A stretch of DNA of 64,000 nt, taken from assembly GCA_018398765.1 (NCBI GenBank), contig JAHBMJ010000332.1:1-64000 (forward strand), in the 5' to 3' direction. The DNA is from Chromera velia. Lineage: Eukaryota. The notes beneath the pieces are model-generated. The model ran no database searches. It worked only from the letters and a program-made list of their open reading frames with translations, and was not told the origin of the DNA. Every line of letters begins with the position of its first letter. Within the stretch, counting starts at the first letter, position 1. Of the stretch, positions 1-11,900 are shown in pieces. The translations under genes were made by a program, and so were the position numbers.

Positions 1-3000
1 GGAGTTCTAGGCAGGTAGCGATCGACGTCGTCTTCCACCAGCACAGGATCCCCCTCCACGAATTTAGACCCAGGGAATACACCGACCTGCACATACGTGC
101 ACATACACAGAAACAGAAGGAGGGACATATGCAGATACTCTTGCTTGTTCTCTCGGCTGCGTTGCTCTGTGCTCACATGCAGATCAACTGGAGGTTTGCA
201 TCGGATCACCAAGAAAGAATGAAGACGATCATACATGCACCTTCCGAATTCAAGTCCTGAATGAATGTAGATACAAACAAAGAGAAAGCAGAAAGAGCCT
301 GCTTTCTACCCCTGCCCACTCAATCACCATAGACCTACCGGACAGAGAAACCTCACAGCAGGCAATGCATCCACAGGGTTCCTACACGCATATGGATCCT
401 CAGGCAGACACACATTTTGGCAATTGCTCTGAAAAGCAGTGCATGCCACAAAATTCATAGCGTCAGCAAGTACAAAAAACGACCCTCGAAGAGGAAGCAT
501 CGAAAGATGCAATTCCGTCAATGAGAAGACCAGTGGTGAGTTCCTGGAGCACAATGCGCAGGCCAGAGATACGGTTTGTTTCACCAAATGCATCATCTAA
601 CAGGCAGAGTCAATTGCCTCCTTTCTCATATGACGCAGAGACAGTCGACCTCCAAGTTTTCATGAAATCTCTTCCCAAAGAACTCGATCACCCTGTCTGA
701 CCTACTTTTGGGGGTAAATGTCGTTCTGACTCCTAGCTAGTCTCTCGAACATCCTCCAAGAGCACAGTTGCAGGCCAAACTTCTCCTAAAACGCGAAGGC
801 AGAAGGTGGTTCTTTGACACAAGCCGTCTTTCCCCCCTCCTCTCCCTCCCCCGCTTCCTCGGAGTCCACATCGTATAGAGACGCTTGGGTGAAGATCGCC
901 ACACATCTTCTCTCATGGGCCTCCTGCAGAAACATCGTATCAAGACTAGGTATCAAGATTTATTCAAAAAAAAAATACATGATATGCTTTTGGAGAGAAC
1001 AGCATCCCTGAGATAATACAAAAAGATTTTCGCTCAAGAAAGAGCCTACGGATGAGGCTTTTCGATATGTAAGAAAACGCAAACGCACAGATACTCTCTC
1101 TCTCTCTCTCACACACACATACACATATGCGCGCGTGCGCGCGCATACACATACACTCACACACTCACACACACACACGCTAGATATACATGGAGAGACG
1201 GGACGTGGATGATGGGCGGAAAGAAGGAAAAAGAATGAGAAACAGATATGGACGGGAGGGAAGCAAAATCGAATCCAGCCGTCTTTCTTCCTCGTCCGTT
1301 TGACTGCATTCATCACCAACCTGCTCAATTCTGTTTCCTAGACGCTTTCCATGCCCCCTTCCTTCTTCTTTAGGATGCGTCGCCAAGAAAGCCACGTATA
1401 TGGCAGCCATGCCTTGTTCCTTCTGCTTTTGAGAGGTCCCTTTCTTCTTCTGCACGACGTTTCCCTGGGTCTTGCGGCCCTGGAGTCCTATCACAGCCAG
1501 GATGCTCTCCTCAAATGCTGATCTGCATACACCAAATTGTATTTACTAAAGTTTTTTGATATTCTGTACCGTATTTGTAGTGAAGTACCTGTGTATACCG
1601 TATAAATTCTCTAATAAGCCGCCTAAACAGAACGAGAGCAAGTGTGTAGCTGTCAAAATTCGCTTTTCTAATTTTTTGTAGAGATACAAACATGGATCAC
1701 TGAAACGGAAAAAACGCCCACGCTTGAACTGAATAAGAAGACGGAAATTAAAAGAAAATGGCACTCTCATACACCACATTCTGAATCACTGTTTATGAGC
1801 ATATCCACAAATCTGTCTCACAGACCTCTGAAGCGCTGCCTCCTCAACCCTGGCGAGCTGCACGATTGCCACAGAGCCAAAGGGATCTTCAGAAGAGGGG
1901 ACCCCGCTCTGTCCGACAAACACCAGGTGGTCCCTCTTTCTGAGGAGGGCGTTGAACTGAATGCACAATGAAAAGGGTTAGGGGTGAGAAAAGCATAGCT
2001 GATCAGCACACACACCCACACACGTATGTACACACACACCCACGCACACAGATAGTCAGAGAGAGAAAAAGCGAGAGACAGCTGTGAAGACAAAATTAAA
2101 GTAAATCAAAGAGTGACTTGGAAGGAAAGGGAGAGAGACATGAACTGTAGAAAGAGAGGAAACTACATGATTGTTAAATTTGAATTTGGAACAGTTGGTG
2201 AAGAGAAAACACAAAGTATGCAGAAAGTCATGTTTTATGAATTGATCCCATAACATGGAATCGAACTTATGCAATGATAAGAAGAGATGAGGGACACGAA
2301 GCAATGCATCAGAACTGGAGATAAAACGCAAGACGCGCACACTCACCTCGGAAGCTTTCACGTGAGGAAATCGCTTCACCAAGAGAGAGATCACATGGCT
2401 TCTGAGCGCAATCAGAAATAAGATTGTGTTTGTTTTTGTCCGACCGTCTTTTCTCTGATTAATGAGAGGAACAAAATGATTGAATGGCCGGCTGGTTGCC
2501 CGTCAGATCGAGTCGTTTGCTTTCGTCAATTGCGCGTGCACAAGGTAAGAAGAAAGAGAACCACAGAGAGGATAGGTGAGCGGTTTCGAAGAAGACCGAA
2601 GAAAAGGGATGGAAGGCGGCATCAGTTTGCAAGAAAAAAAAGAGAATGGGACAAAGAACACGAACATGCAGTTTTGAAAGCGGGAGCAAAGCTGGGAAGA
2701 ACGGCCGCCCGCGGACGGACAAAGGAGAAACTTCGGAAGGGCGTCATGCATGCATTCGTGTTCCTCAAAAGAAAAACCTGCACGAATAGGGAAGAAAGAC
2801 ATGGAGACAGAAGGCATAAAAAAAGAGGTGGCGTGGTAGGAGACATCCATGCATTGACTGACGGCTTTTGAATGAGCTCCATTCTCTCCGAGTATTTTTC
2901 CACCACGGCGATTCCATCCTTACCCCCAAAGTCAAGCTCATTTTGAAAATTTGCAGCAGCTGCTGCAGATACACCGGACTCTTGGTGGAGGCCAGAGGCT

Positions 3001-3251
3001 CGGGTTCTTTCGAAGTACTGCTGGCTAGCAGCAATAGCGCTCTCCAAGGCTATATCTACTGCCTCGATGCACATCAGATCACCAGCGCTGTCTCCCGCAT
3101 GCGTCTCAAGTCCACACGGGAAAAGCTCTTCGTGACCCCCCACCTTAAATCGAATGACGCGCTGCTTTTCGTCATATGATACACCTGTAACGTTCTGCAC
3201 CAGCTTCAGTTTCTCCCTCACATACTTCTGAACTTTCTTTCCGTCCATCAT
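1..3251 (-). CDS. GNAT-family (GCN5-like) acetyltransferase, multi-exon; 3' structure uncertain and may run off the window; in-frame TAG at 788-786 unless it is removed by splicing
   Basis: Phase-compatible GT-AG exons 3251-2863, 2401-2347, 1956-1826, 1522-1321 and 923-~706. They join to give ...LLVKRFPHVKASEFNALLRKRDHLVF...IYVAFLATHPKEEGRGHGKRLGNRIEQEAHERRCVAIFTQAS...AFAF*EKFGL. This contains GNAT motif A (L-A-T-x-P-x-x-x-G-R-G-x-G) and motif B (A-x-x-F-W/Y-x-K-x-G). Further candidate exons lie at ~428-354 and 86-1. Confidence 0.65.
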
Positions 3252-3479
3252 CTCTGTTAATTCCCAGTGAGTTATTCAATTCAGACTAAGTCTGCATGCA
3301 AGCACCGAAAAACCATCCCACCTTATATGCAAAGCCAAAGCGACACCGGGTCTGGTGGGTGCAGACGTTGCTTGGCTGTGCTTTGACGTGAACTATATAT
3401 CTACAGTCGGGAACAGAATTGGCCGGACGGCAGTTCTTCCCGTCCTAATTCCCGTCTTCCGTGTTCGGAGCTCTCGTTA

Positions 3480-3620
3480 GATGTCGAACGCGTGCGTGCG
3501 TAGACGGCCAAAAGTTCTAGCACGCACGCATCACATCGCATCACGCACGCTATCGCACGCTAGCTTGCATTTCCATTTCCTCGCGCATATCGCGCAATGC
3601 ATGTATAGTGGCAGCGTTCT
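3480..3620. promoter_or_regulatory. Candidate bidirectional promoter with clustered GCGTGCG/CGCACGC motifs
   Basis: Lies between the divergent starts at 3251 (-) and 3924 (+). It contains cgcgtgcgtgcg, gcacgcacgca, cacgcacgc and cgcacgc within about 80 bp. Confidence 0.4.
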
Positions 3621-3923
3621 TGCAAGATCTCGCAAGCCTGGGGAGTATATATCTGGGGAGGTCACAAGGAATTGGAATTTGAAGGAAACTGTTCCTTGTC
3701 CTCCTGTGCCCACCAAGCCCCCCGATTTCGCCACCGCTTCGGCCTTTCGAGGGAAGTGTTCTCGCGCAACGGATGTTACGGATGTCAAAAGAGAATTAAG
3801 GAGACGGCTGTTTGGTGGGGAGGCGTGGCTTTCGCCCAGCTGTAATGGACTGTCGGCTCCAGTCGCCTTCTGTGATCTTCTGGGGCGCCGTCTCTGTGCC
3901 TGAATACTTTGATAGTCAGAGAT

Positions 3924-6728
3924 ATGGCTCCAAGGCTTCGGTTCGTGCCTCTGTGGAAGAAGGTGAGGGGGAGGTTCCGCTTGACTCCGGAGTCTGCTCT
4001 TTCTGTTCCCACCAACATGAAAGCCGAAGCCTTCCCTTCCCGTCTATTTCGTCTGCTGGACTCAGAGCGTCTCGCCGGGCTTGGGAAGACGGACAGAGAT
4101 AAGTGGATGCGATTTAGCAGGGCTGCAGGGGAGCTTGAGGCCTTGACGGACCGCGCAGAATTTTTTCTTTCGGGGCCGCAGGAAGATAAGGAGACGGCAC
4201 CGCTGTTCTGGAGACAGGCGCGGCTTCTTGCTTCGAAAGTTCTTGACCCCAAAACAAATCTGCCCCCCGATAGTTCTTGGGTCACTTATGCCTTACGGCT
4301 GCTGGCCCTGGGCGCCCATGCAGGCCAAGGGGAGAGCTGCTCTCTTTCAATTACCGAGGAGACCTCGCTTGTCCGTCTCCTGGATCCGTCAGACCTTGCG
4401 CAGATGGCCTCACTGGTCGAGTTCCTTTCTGCCTGTGGGGGGAGGGGGCATTGCACCAGCCAGATGCTTGATATAGCCTCCAAGGGCCTTGCACGGAAGT
4501 GTAACGACATTCCGGGGCCAGCTCTCGTAGATCTTTTATTCGTGTTTTGTTCCTTGCGCCACCCCTGTTGTGACTTTGAACGGAGGGCCTGGAAGTCCCT
4601 CGTAGGCCGGGTGGAATCTCTCAGCGTCTCTGCGATCTCGCGAATGTTTTTTGTTCACGATGTACTCACGGGATGCCCAGATGTGGGCGTGTTGAAAGTG
4701 TTTGTTGACAGCTTCAGAAAGAGAATCGGAGAGGCAAAACTCTCTGCTCTGAAGGGCGTGATTCATTTGTTCAGTGAGAAGGGAAAGAGAAAACCGGTAC
4801 TAAGAGACCAACGGCTTCTTTCTGCCATTTCTGAACGAGTGTGCTCAATGGATCTCTCAGAAGAGGCAAAAAGGAAAGGCAGTCCTGAAAGCCTCTCTGC
4901 GTGTCTTGCTCTGACTGGAATCGTGGGTGCATTTGACAGGCACCAGGTTGTGGACAGAGGGCTGCTGGGTAGGGTGGTCCCCTTTTTGTTGGAGAGACTT
5001 GAGGAGCTTCCGGGCAGAGAGGTCGTCAGTCTGTGGGCAATGCTGACGCGATTGGTTCGTTGGCTCAGCCGTGGGAGTTCTCAGACTCTTCCTTCTCTGT
5101 CTGTATGTCTGCCTGGCTCTCCTCCTGCATCTTCGTCCCTCTGCCCACCTGTTTGCTTGCCTTCCTGCCTGTCTATTTTTCGGCCTGGCTTCTTATTTCG
5201 GAAGAGAAGGGTATCCTTTGTACAGCAATCAGACGCCCACTCTGTGCGTGAATGTTGTGGTTGAGGCTATGGATTCATTCAGGGCGTCTGCCTCATATAG
5301 GGAGGGGAGCCTGAAGGAAGACGGGTGGGTCTGTGGTGTTGAAACTGCCTCTCATAAGTATTTCTCACAAACCTTTTCACCTCCTTTCTTTGCGGCATTC
5401 CTCTGTTGATTTCTTCTTATCGTATCCGGTCTTGCTTGCAAGCAGGGAGTGTGGCTGGGTGAGAGCCGGCAAAGGTTCGTGGCCTGCGGTCTTCATTTGC
5501 TTCCTGAGATGGAGAGGGACTGTCGAGAGGGCATGGCGGTTCTGGGTTCCTTTTTTTCGTTGACATTTTTTCTGCATGGACAGATAGACGTGAGGCTGGC
5601 GTTGCTTCTCTTGGACTGGAGCTGGGAAGTGGGAATGTGGGGGGATAAGCAGGAGCATGGGGAGTGTGGAGAGACAAACAGGGAGAAAGAGAAGGAGAGC
5701 GGACAGCGGCAGGCATGGAGGGCGTTGCTGAGCTGTCATCTGTTGTGGGCCTCTGCCCTTGCTGGAAGTCCGTGGGGTCGTCTGAGCCTTTCCGAGCTTC
5801 GCAGAGTCTCCCGTGTGGTTTTGTATTGCCCTCCTGCTTTGGCGAAGGCGGATGAGGTTTTCGAGTCCTCAAATCTGCATGAGGAGGTGATAAAGTGGGT
5901 AGGAGTGGGTGATTTCTGCGTGAGCATGCAGGCAGTAGTGTGACAGAAACATTCGGTGGATCTGGACTTTCCTTTTGGAGGAGTTCTGCATGACTGTATT
6001 AGTGTACATATCCATCTATCTGATCCCAATTTGAATGCATGAGTTTGAATCTGGCATGCATGGTCGCAATATGTGGATGTCTCAGACTTAGAATGGACGC
6101 GCATGCAAGAGAACAAGCTAAGAGAAGGGAGCAAAGAGAAGAGAAGAGAAGGCTCAGACACAAACCTCCCCCTCGGTCCTCTTCTCTTTTCTTCTCTTCT
6201 TTTCTCTTCTCTTCTCTTCTACCTCTCGAATGTGCTCTCTCTCTCTTGTTGTGCTTGCCTGCAGACATCTTCCCCCCTCTCCCTCCGGGTGTGCCCAGAA
6301 GGTCGCGATGGAGTTTCCAGTCTCTGTCTTCAGTCTTGACGTGCTGCTACTGGACGATCGATAGAGGAATGCAAGCAGGGAGAAAGAAACAAAGGAAGGA
6401 ATCACAGCAGTCCCCCTTCTCTCTCAAGGTCTGTCCTTGCGTTCCCTCAAGCATGGAGGGAAGATGCGCACCGCATGTATTGCTGATCACAGAGGAGGAA
6501 GCGTGCGTCTTCAAGCTGAAATCCTCCGCGGTTCCTGTGGTTCCTTTCCTTACCACCAAAAAACTCCAGCCCAAGGAAACCGGCATTCCAGTCGAGGAGA
6601 AAAGAAGGCAAAAGAGACACGGATGGCCGTGCAACCAAGCGGCTCATTCGATCAGGTCTGTCCTCGATCTGTTCAAGGATCGAATAAAGGAGAATTTATT
6701 CGGGAGCCTAGCTCAGCGGAGTAGTTAA
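3924..6728 (+). CDS. Hypothetical alpha-helical repeat protein, possibly an organellar RNA-binding (RAP/FASTK-like) protein; multi-exon
   Basis: A long first exon from ATG 3924 (ORF 3909-5264) encodes an Arg-rich basic N-terminus and Leu-rich helical repeats. Further coding-like segments lie at ~5740-5890 and ~6300-6728, separated by pyrimidine-rich intron-like sequence. The product is a guess from composition, and the later exon boundaries are unresolved. Confidence 0.45.
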
Positions 6729-8341
6729 TGTATTCGTTCCCCTTTCCCTGGCAGAAAATGGCTCCGTTAAGTGTCTTCCTTTTGTTCCTTGGCTGACTCT
6801 TCGAACAAACTTCAATTTTCTTCTTGTCAACTCTGATCAGTTCAAAACTCTCACTCTTTCTCTCCCTCTGTCTGTCTCTCTCCGTTTTCTCATTGGCTTT
6901 GGCCGTGAATTTCATCATCAACTTTCATGGTACGTTTCTTCCCAATCGTTCTCCGCTTTTCCCTTTCTGTTCGTTTCCTCTTCATTTGAATCGGTCGCCC
7001 TTTTTTTCCCCTCTTTCCCCTTGATTGATCTTTTTCCATCCATGCAGACGACATGCCGTAAGCATCGGAAAATGGACACTGACCATGATCCACATGTTTT
7101 GGGGTCCGGAATGAGAAATCAGCGCTGGAATTAGCGTGAGCGATCATATGTACTGCGTATACAAAACTGGGTTAAGTCCCCCCAAAATTTAGTTGAGTAA
7201 CTTGAGTTTACTAAGTGGAATCTAGAGTGGAATTTCAGGCTGGATTTTAGGGTTTTTAGTACAATTCACCGTTGAATCTACTTGGATCTTTACCGTAGTA
7301 AATTCGATCAAGTTGTTAAAAAAATTAACCGGGTTTTCTATACTGGAGCCAGAATGTTAAAGAATGCTCTAGAGAATGCTATTTATATTGTAATGTTCTA
7401 GATAATGTTCAAAGTTTATTACTAAATTAAATTATGAATCTACCATAGCGAATTTAGTATGACCTTAATTGAATTTGTATTGCAGTCTAGATTCAAAGTT
7501 GAAAGTTGTAGTTGGTATTGCTACGCAACTATTGCAAACTAGATTAGGCATAACAAATCATACTATAACCGTTAACTTATAATTACTAACTCCATGCATC
7601 ATGTATGTTTAGATGTATGTGTGTAAATCAAATTAAGATCACACTTTAATTTAGCATGTGACTTTTGATCTAAGTTTTTGGATTTAATCATTTTTCAGTC
7701 CAGTTTTCAATCGACGATCGAACTTCATTGAAAGGTGAATTTTTGAAAATTGAGGTAGATTTGGCCAGTACGTACTCTGCTAAGCATTCCGTCTTTTCCC
7801 CAGTCGGTCCAAATCTTTCCTGCTCTTCGCAAGCCTTCAAAGAGTCTTTCTGGAGTAGCATGGTCACATGGAAGGAAAGAAAAAGTGATGCCATCCCGGT
7901 CATGGAAACTCCCAGGAAAGACCGACAATCCCTTCAGGAATCCTTTTTTCGCTGTCAAACCAGGAGCTGTCGTGTGTATGGGGGATCGATGCGATAAGGA
8001 CGTCAGCCAGCGGAGCAGTGAGTACATGCATCCGCTCATCCATTGAAATTTTTCAAGACAAAACAACAAACAGACAAATGGACGGGTCACCCGACGGTCA
8101 TGAAAAATTATGTCTTCGACGTATCGGACGGTGTCTCGGTCTGCATGCTTACATGTATGTGCGCACCCAAGCAGGCGTGATGGTCAGTGTGCGTGGAAGG
8201 GAGTTAGACCGGAACACCGATATCATTGATACGGACGGAAGGGGGGCACGATTTTGGTACGAGGGACATTTTCATGCAAATACTTCGGTTAAATAAGCGT
8301 CTACCTCCAACGAGACAACAAAAAACGACGGGGGGGGGGGG

Positions 8342-8598
8342 NNNNNNNNNNNNNNNNNNNNNNNNNNNNNNNNNNNNNNNNNNNNNNNNNNNNNNNNNNN
8401 NNNNNNNNNNNNNNNNNNNNNNNNNNNNNNNNNNNNNNNNNNNNNNNNNNNNNNNNNNNNNNNNNNNNNNNNNNNNNNNNNNNNNNNNNNNNNNNNNNNN
8501 NNNNNNNNNNNNNNNNNNNNNNNNNNNNNNNNNNNNNNNNNNNNNNNNNNNNNNNNNNNNNNNNNNNNNNNNNNNNNNNNNNNNNNNNNNNNNNNNNN
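8342..8598. other. Assembly gap (N run) flanked by poly-G
   Basis: 257 consecutive N characters. Confidence 0.99.
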
Positions 8599-8682
8599 GG
8601 GGGGTCCATGAATTCATTCGTCAATCAAATGATGGATTGAGGGTCCTCAGTTATTTCCATCCCCCCTCTCTCTTCTGTCCCT

Positions 8683-8834
8683 TCAGGTGTTCTGATTCTG
8701 CGAAAGGTTTGCAAACATTTTTTGCATCTCCTCCAACTGCTTTCTCTCCTCCGGCGAGGCTTTCGCCATCGTCTCGTCCATCTGCAGGCACAAACGCGTA
8801 AGGACGGGAGGACACACACGTAGACACACACGTA

Positions 8835-8873
<39 letters not shown>

Positions 8874-8874
8874 G

Positions 8875-8912
<38 letters not shown>

Positions 8913-11900
8913 GAGAGAGAGAAGGGCGGGGAGGGGGTTTGAAATGAAGAACAAAGAAAAGGAAAAGGAATCAGTGGAAGAGACTCCAAAACCAGGCAGA
9001 CAATCAGACAGGCAGAGAAGTTTGAGAGGCACACAAGTAAGCAGGAATGGCGGCAGACAGGCAGGCAGGCAGAGAAACCGAAGGAACGAAGCAACCAACG
9101 TACCATTTTCCGCATTCCCTCCTCAGAGAAATCCAAATTGGAAAACGCGTCTCCCATCTGGGCCATTTCCTGATCACACATGAATGAATGCACATGGAAC
9201 GAGGGGGGGACAAGCGGTTCCGTACACAGACTGCCTGTCAGCTTTTCTTTTTTCCGTTCACTCTCTCGCCCACACACAGACACACACTTTTTTTCACCAA
9301 CTAAGAAAAGGTACTTCAAAAAACTGTCATACACGCACGCAAGAAAGGGTCTCACGCCACGCCAACGCGCTCCGTCACACACCATGACCACAAGCAAGGG
9401 GGGGGGGAAGTATCTGCCAATCAGCTGGAACAGATGAAGTACTGTAACGGGACCAGGATGCACAGGTCCGTCTTGCAGATGAAGAAGGGCAGAAGACAAG
9501 AGAAAGAAAAAAGGGCAGAAGGCAAGAGAAAGAAAAAAACAGGCGGAAGACAAGAGAAAGAAAAAAGGGCAGAAGGCAAGAGAGAGAAAAAAGGGCAGAA
9601 GACAAGAGAAAGAAAAAAGGGCAGAAGGCAAGAGAGAGAAAAAAGGGCAGAAGACAAGAGAAAGAAAAAAGTGCAGAAGGCAAGAGAGAGAAAAAAGGGC
9701 AGAAGACGAGAGAAAGAAAAAAGTGCAGAAGGCAAGAGAGAGAAAAAAGGGCAGAAGACAAGAGAAAGAAAAAAGTGCAGAAGACAAGAGAGAGAAAAAA
9801 GGGCAGAAGACAAGAGAAAGAAAAAAGTGCAGAAGGCAAGAGAGAGAAAAAAGGGCAGAAGGCAAGAGAGAGAAAGAAAAAAGGGCAGAAGGCAAGAGAG
9901 AGAAAAAAGGGCAGAAGACAAGAGAGAGAAAAAAGGGCAGAAGGCAAGAGAGAGAAAAAAGGGCAGAAGGCAAGAGAGAGAAAAAAGGGCAGAAGGCAAG
10001 AGAGAGAAAAAACGGCAGAAGACAAGAGAAAGAAAAAAACAGGCGGAAGACAAGAGAAAGAAAAAAACAGGCGGAAGACAAGAGAAAGAAAAAAACAGGC
10101 GGAAGACAAGAGAAAGAAAAAAACAGGCGGAAGACAAGAGAAAGAGAAATCCAGACAGCCCAACCAACTGACCTCCGGAGATGCTCCAGACTGCGCTGCG
10201 AAGTCTTTTGCCCACTCCTGCATCTTCTCGGGGTTCTGCATCATCTCCCCCATCTTCTCAAACATGCTCGCGTCCATGCCTTCACCGAGCCCCGGCATAC
10301 CACCTCCTGGGCCCCCGGCCCCCCCAGCACCGATGCCCATCTTCTCAAACGACTTCATCATCTCTGCCATCGCTTTTTCGTCAAATGCTCCCGGAGCACC
10401 TCCAGCACCACCAAGCCCACCTTTTCCTCCCGCACCTGCCCCCTGCATCATCTGTTGCAGAGAGGCCATCTGATCCATCAACGCCTTGTTGTCCAACGCC
10501 CCAGCATCACCACCGCCCGCCCGCATTAAATTCTGAAGGGCTCCCAACCCTCCACCTCCCATACCGCCAAGTCCGCCTGCCCCAGCCATCTGCTTGTCCT
10601 GCTTTTTCTTCAATTCCTCCTCGGCCTGCTTCTCCAACTTGTCCAGCACACTGCAAGGGAATCAAGGACAAACAGGCAGAGAGGGAGGAAGAGCACTGAG
10701 TCGTCATGTTCTGCTGCTATCCCATCCATGCGCCATCTTCATTCATTCAACGCGTCTGTGTGCAAAAGGAAGATTGCGAATGAATCCTGAATGAAAGGAA
10801 AGGGAACCTACCTCTCTCGTGCTCCCTCCCCGATGAATAGCAGACAGGAACCCATTTTCTGAAAGGAACTTGGTCTTCCTTTCTTTCTTTCTTCCTTCCT
10901 TCTTTTGTTTCATGTAAGTCAGGAAGGAAAGGGAAGCCCTTCTGATAAACAAAAGCCTTCCACAGGGAGTGGCTCTCTCTGAAGGCACAGTTGCCTGCCC
11001 GCCCTCCTGCCTGCCTGCCTGTACGCACTAATCAAAAAGTACACACAGAAATCTCAACGCTGAGCGGACTCTTTGATGGTCATTCTGGGACCAATCAATC
11101 AGAGTTTCGCACTCTTTATCCCTATCTCCTTTTCGACTGCACGCCAAGCCACTAAAACAACCAAAATGTCAGTACTATCCAACTCCATGTACTGACTCGG
11201 ATCGGATTCTAAAGAGGTCAGCCACCTCCCCGATGTACGCGTCCATCTTCTGGAATTTTTGGCTCATCTCCAACTGTGCCTGTGAGAATTCCAACATCTC
11301 TTCCAGCTCTTTGTCTGCCAACAGTTGATTTCTCCTCTCCTTCTCCTCCTCCCATTCCTTTACTCTCCTTTCAAACTCCTGATCCGTTTCTCTCTCCTTC
11401 TCTTCCACCGAAACCGTGGAAGTGCCGTTCTCTGCATCGACAGCAACCGTTTCGGCCTCTGTCCCATTCCCTCTCCTTCTCCTTTCTTGTTCAAATTCCC
11501 TGTCTTTCTTCTCAAATTCCTGGAACTCTTTCCACCCCTGTTCCTGCGTGTCTCTGCTCTTGTTGGTGTATCTCTCGTTCATCTCCGAAGCCACAGTGAA
11601 GGCCTTGTCTTGTGCGTGGAAGCTGTAACGAAGGAAGACAGACTCGAGGCGGGAGGGACGGGACTTTCCTGAATAGGTCACTGGAACGATCGTGCGGTTC
11701 TTCCAGCACTGCATGCGTCAAGGGGGGGGGCAACAAGGGAAGAGGTGAATTCAGCGGGAGTGAGAAAGCGTGCACATGAGAGAGAAGGCTCGTGATTGGC
11801 ATGCGCTGTTTCGCTCTTTTTTTGTACAAAATTCCATGCAGACTGTTTGACATCAGAGAGAGAAGGCAGAAGTCGTAGAAATCACACAAAAAGAAGAGAG

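Noticed and set aside
9484..10145. Regularly spaced repeats that superficially resemble a CRISPR array
   Set aside because: There are no unique spacers, the units are low complexity, the context is a eukaryotic intron, and there are no cas genes.
8651..10529. Several long ORFs (230-476 aa) on both strands
   Set aside because: They are translations of a stop-free intronic minisatellite. Only the Met/Gly-rich exon at ~10650-10173 is credible.
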